A stretch of DNA of 64,000 nucleotides from NCBI GenBank assembly GCA_023213395.1, contig CM041465.1, forward strand, positions 121,031,741-121,095,740. Direction: 5' to 3'. Made by a program: the position numbers and the translations under genes. Position 1 is the stretch's first letter. Every line of letters starts with the position of its first letter. This stretch comes from Cycas panzhihuaensis (Eukaryota; Plantae; Cycadophyta). The notes under the pieces are model-generated. The model was not told where the DNA came from. It saw nothing but the letters and a program-made list of their open reading frames with translations, and ran no database searches. Positions 60,891-64,000 of this stretch are shown here, one piece after another.

Positions 60891-63800
60891 TGTAGCGAGT
60901 CCTTTACCCAATTGGACAGAAAATAGAGCAGAGTAGGACGAATTCACAGACACAGAACAATAATAGAGAAAAAAGTCCACAAATGCTAAACCCAAATAGA
61001 TCAAATTCACAAATGGCAACACCTTTTGCTCCAAAAGTATATCTTCAATTATGGGTTAAATACAAAAATACGATACAAGAATGCACAAATTATAAGTAGA
61101 GTTCCAACATGAGTACCTGTACTGCCTGTCACAATCGCCAAACCCTTCGAGGCGGGGATTCTCCCAGAAATTGCAGCCCTAAGGCCGAAAATCTGCACTT
61201 GCCTTGAGGCCGAAAATGAAGAGAGAGAGCTTCACGAATGGATCATTTCGAATGATCTCAAAGTCCCTATATATAGGCGCATAAACTGGGACAAAATGAA
61301 GTCGGCCGAGGCGAGGAGGAGTGCGCTCAAAATAATCATGAGAAGTCGGCTCTGACTTCTCCAAAAAGCTGGCGAGCTATCTTTAAATGGTCATAACTTT
61401 TGATAGGGATGTCGGAATTGACTTTCGTACGAACCGTTGGAATAAATCGTTCGAGGCCTATCATTTGAATGCTTATATGCTATAACTTTGACCATATTTT
61501 GGAGTGCTACAAGTCCCCTCCCCTTGAAATTGTGCTTTGCCCTCAAAGCCTTTGGCGTGTTCGGAAATTGTTTTAACCATTCATCGTTTTCCCAAGTGGA
61601 GTCTTCAATATCCAAGTTCTTCCATTTGATGAGATGCTCTTTGATGCATGCGGACCTAAGAGATTGAGTCGGGATTGTAAGATTCCGTCAGGTTCTAGCG
61701 TCATCTTTCCTTCCTCATCGAGCTCTGGTATGTTGGATTGAGGAATGATCTTTTCCCCAATTTTCTTCTTTAGACAGGATACATGGAAAACATTATGAAT
61801 TTTTGTGTTTTTTGGGAGTTGTAAGTGGTAGGCGACTTCACCTACTTTGGAAGTGATTTTGTAAAGACCAAAGTATCTAGGTGCTAGCTTTTGATTGTTT
61901 CTTTTCTGTAAGGACATCTGTTTGTATGGTTGAAGGCGTAAGAAGACCCAATCTCCTACTTCAAATTGTTGTTCCGAGCGTTTTGGATCGGCCTGTTGTT
62001 TCATTCATTTTGTACAATTGCTAGGTTATCCTTCAATTTCTCGATGGTTTCCTCCATTTGCTTAGATGTTCTTATTTGCTGGACCCATGAAGGTCTATTC
62101 GAGTTAATAATGATGGTGGCATATAGCCATACAAAGCACGGAAAGGTGTCATTTTGTTGAAGAATGATATGTGGTGTTGTACCGATTACGCTAAATGTAA
62201 CCATTGATGCCATTGCTTTTGTTTATGCGGCGAAGTTTCTCAAGTATCCTTCTAAGCATTTGTTGACAATCTCTGTTTGCCCATCCGTGCGAGGATGGTA
62301 TGATGCGCTCATCTTGAGTTTTGTGCACGCAATTTTGAATAGATCCTGCCAAAATTTACTAGTAAATTTTGGGTCACGGTCACTTACAATTGCTTTAGGA
62401 AAACCATGCAACCTATGGATCTCCTTCATATATAGTTACGCCACGTCGCTAGCCTTAGTCATCGATTTTAGTCCTCTGAAGTGGCCATTTTGGTGAGGCG
62501 ATCTATGATGACGGTGCGTCCTTTCCTTCAGAGCAAGGTAATCCGGTTATAAAATCCATGGATATTTCATCCCATTTTTGTTCTTGCGTTGGTAGCGACT
62601 GGAGTAACCCTGGCATTTTTATGCATTCAATCCTGTTTCGTTGACAGGTATCACATTCCGCCACGAACTTTTGAACGTCTGTTTTTAATCCTTTCCAATA
62701 AAATGAAGCTCTTATCTTCCTGTATGTCTTGTCAATCCCTGTGTGACCTGCTATCGGTGTGGAATGGCCTTCTTGTAATATTATCTCCTTTAGCCCTGAT
62801 CTTCTAGGAATGCAAATCTTTCCTTTCTTGAGTATTATTCCTGTTGTATCTCATATGAGCAGTTTGTCCTTCCTTACTTTGTCGATCAATTGTTTGTACT
62901 TGGATCGTTGTCGTATTCCTTCTTTAATGTCTCATGCCATTTGGAGTAGCCACCGATATTGTATGTAATCTTGGTTTCGCATGAGTTTCTTGGAATTCTT
63001 GAGAGGCGTCTGCTATGACATTGTCTTTACCCTTTTTGTACACAATGGAGAATTCAAATGTTTGTAATTTGCTCACCCACTTTTGTTGTTAAATCGGCGG
63101 TGTCTTACGATTTAAGAAGTATTTGAGGCCCATCGTGGTCCGTTCGTGCACTGGAAGGAACCGCCTAGTAAATCATGTCTCCTTTGGTTGATCGCGTGCA
63201 TTATGGCTAGCATCTCCTTATCATAGATGGGCTTTAACTTTTCTGTTATTCAATTTCCTGCTCTAAATGCGCTATCGGTCTTCGTCTTGTAATAGGGCCG
63301 ACTCCTATGCCAAACCCTAAAGCATCGCATTCCAAAATGAATGGTTTTGAGAAGTGTAGGACTGCTAAAACTGGGGCTCTTACCATTGCACTTTTTAGTT
63401 CTTCAAAGGCTTTGTTGGTCGTTTCGTTCCATGTGAAAGCATCCTTTTTTGTTAGATCTGTAAGTGGAGCTGCTATGTTAGCATATCCTCTTATGAATTT
63501 CCTGAGGTATCTAGTTGCTCCTAGAAAGCTATGAACTCCCGTGACATTCTTTGGTGCTGGCCATTCTATTATTGCTTGGACCTTCTTGGGGTCGACCTTG
63601 ATTCTGTTTGGAGTAATGATATGACCGAGGTATTCGAGTTCCTGTTGGCCAAAGAGCATTTTTCTTGTTTGCAAAGAATAAACCTTTGCTAAAATTTCTA
63701 GGGCTAATCTCGGGTGTTCCAAATGTTCTCTCCATGTTTCTTTGTAAATGAGGATATCATCAAAAAGATTAGTACGAATTTCCTCAAACATTCCTTGAAT

Positions 63801-64000
63801 GTGGAGTTCAAAGTGACACAGGCGTTCTTTGGAGGCGTTGGTTAGACCAAATGGCATCACTTTGAATTGAGCAGTCCCTCATGAGTTATGAATCTTTGTC
63901 TTGTGGGCGTCCCCTCTTTTACCCGAATTTGATGGTAACCCGATCGAGAGGTCTATCTTGGAAGTATTGCACTCCATGTATTTCGTCTAGTAGGTCATCG
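60891..64000 (-). mobile_element. Chromovirus (Ty3/Gypsy) 3' part: 3' LTR 60891-61511, chromodomain, integrase, RNase H, RT; continues beyond the window
   Basis: LTR ends TGTAGC...GCTACA; PPT 61514-61525. Peptides VGDWVFLRLQPY, HGFPKAIVSDRD, SASYHPRTDGQTE, MPFGLTNA, LECDA. Confidence 0.92.

Overview
Plant nuclear DNA, almost entirely transposon-derived. The only host-gene sequence I recognise is one 172-bp internal exon of lysine-ketoglutarate reductase/saccharopine dehydrogenase (LKR/SDH; 10722-10893, +). The rest is probably giant intron: over 10 kb upstream and over 53 kb downstream. It holds nested Ty1/Copia and Ty3/Gypsy LTR retrotransposons, several with readable LTRs, primer-binding sites (PBS), polypurine tracts (PPT) and 5-bp target-site duplications (TSDs). 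The standout region is 45142-60110. Four copies of a two-ORF Penelope-like retroelement (coiled-coil/basic ORF1 plus telomerase-related RT) form two head-to-head palindromes, themselves a ~7.4-kb tandem duplication. Each palindrome axis is a 27-nt loop closed by plant telomere repeats (TTTAGGGTTTA...CCTAAACCCTAAAC). Each arm has a minimal hammerhead ribozyme motif ~220 nt upstream of ORF1, intact in the minus arms and garbled in the plus arms. All arms are 3'-truncated rather than 5'-truncated. Also notable: a ~110-bp histone H3 coding fragment patched by microhomology into a young Copia element. Caveat: patches of dense indels look like uncorrected long-read errors, so many frameshifts may not be real. 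All coordinates were read by eye.
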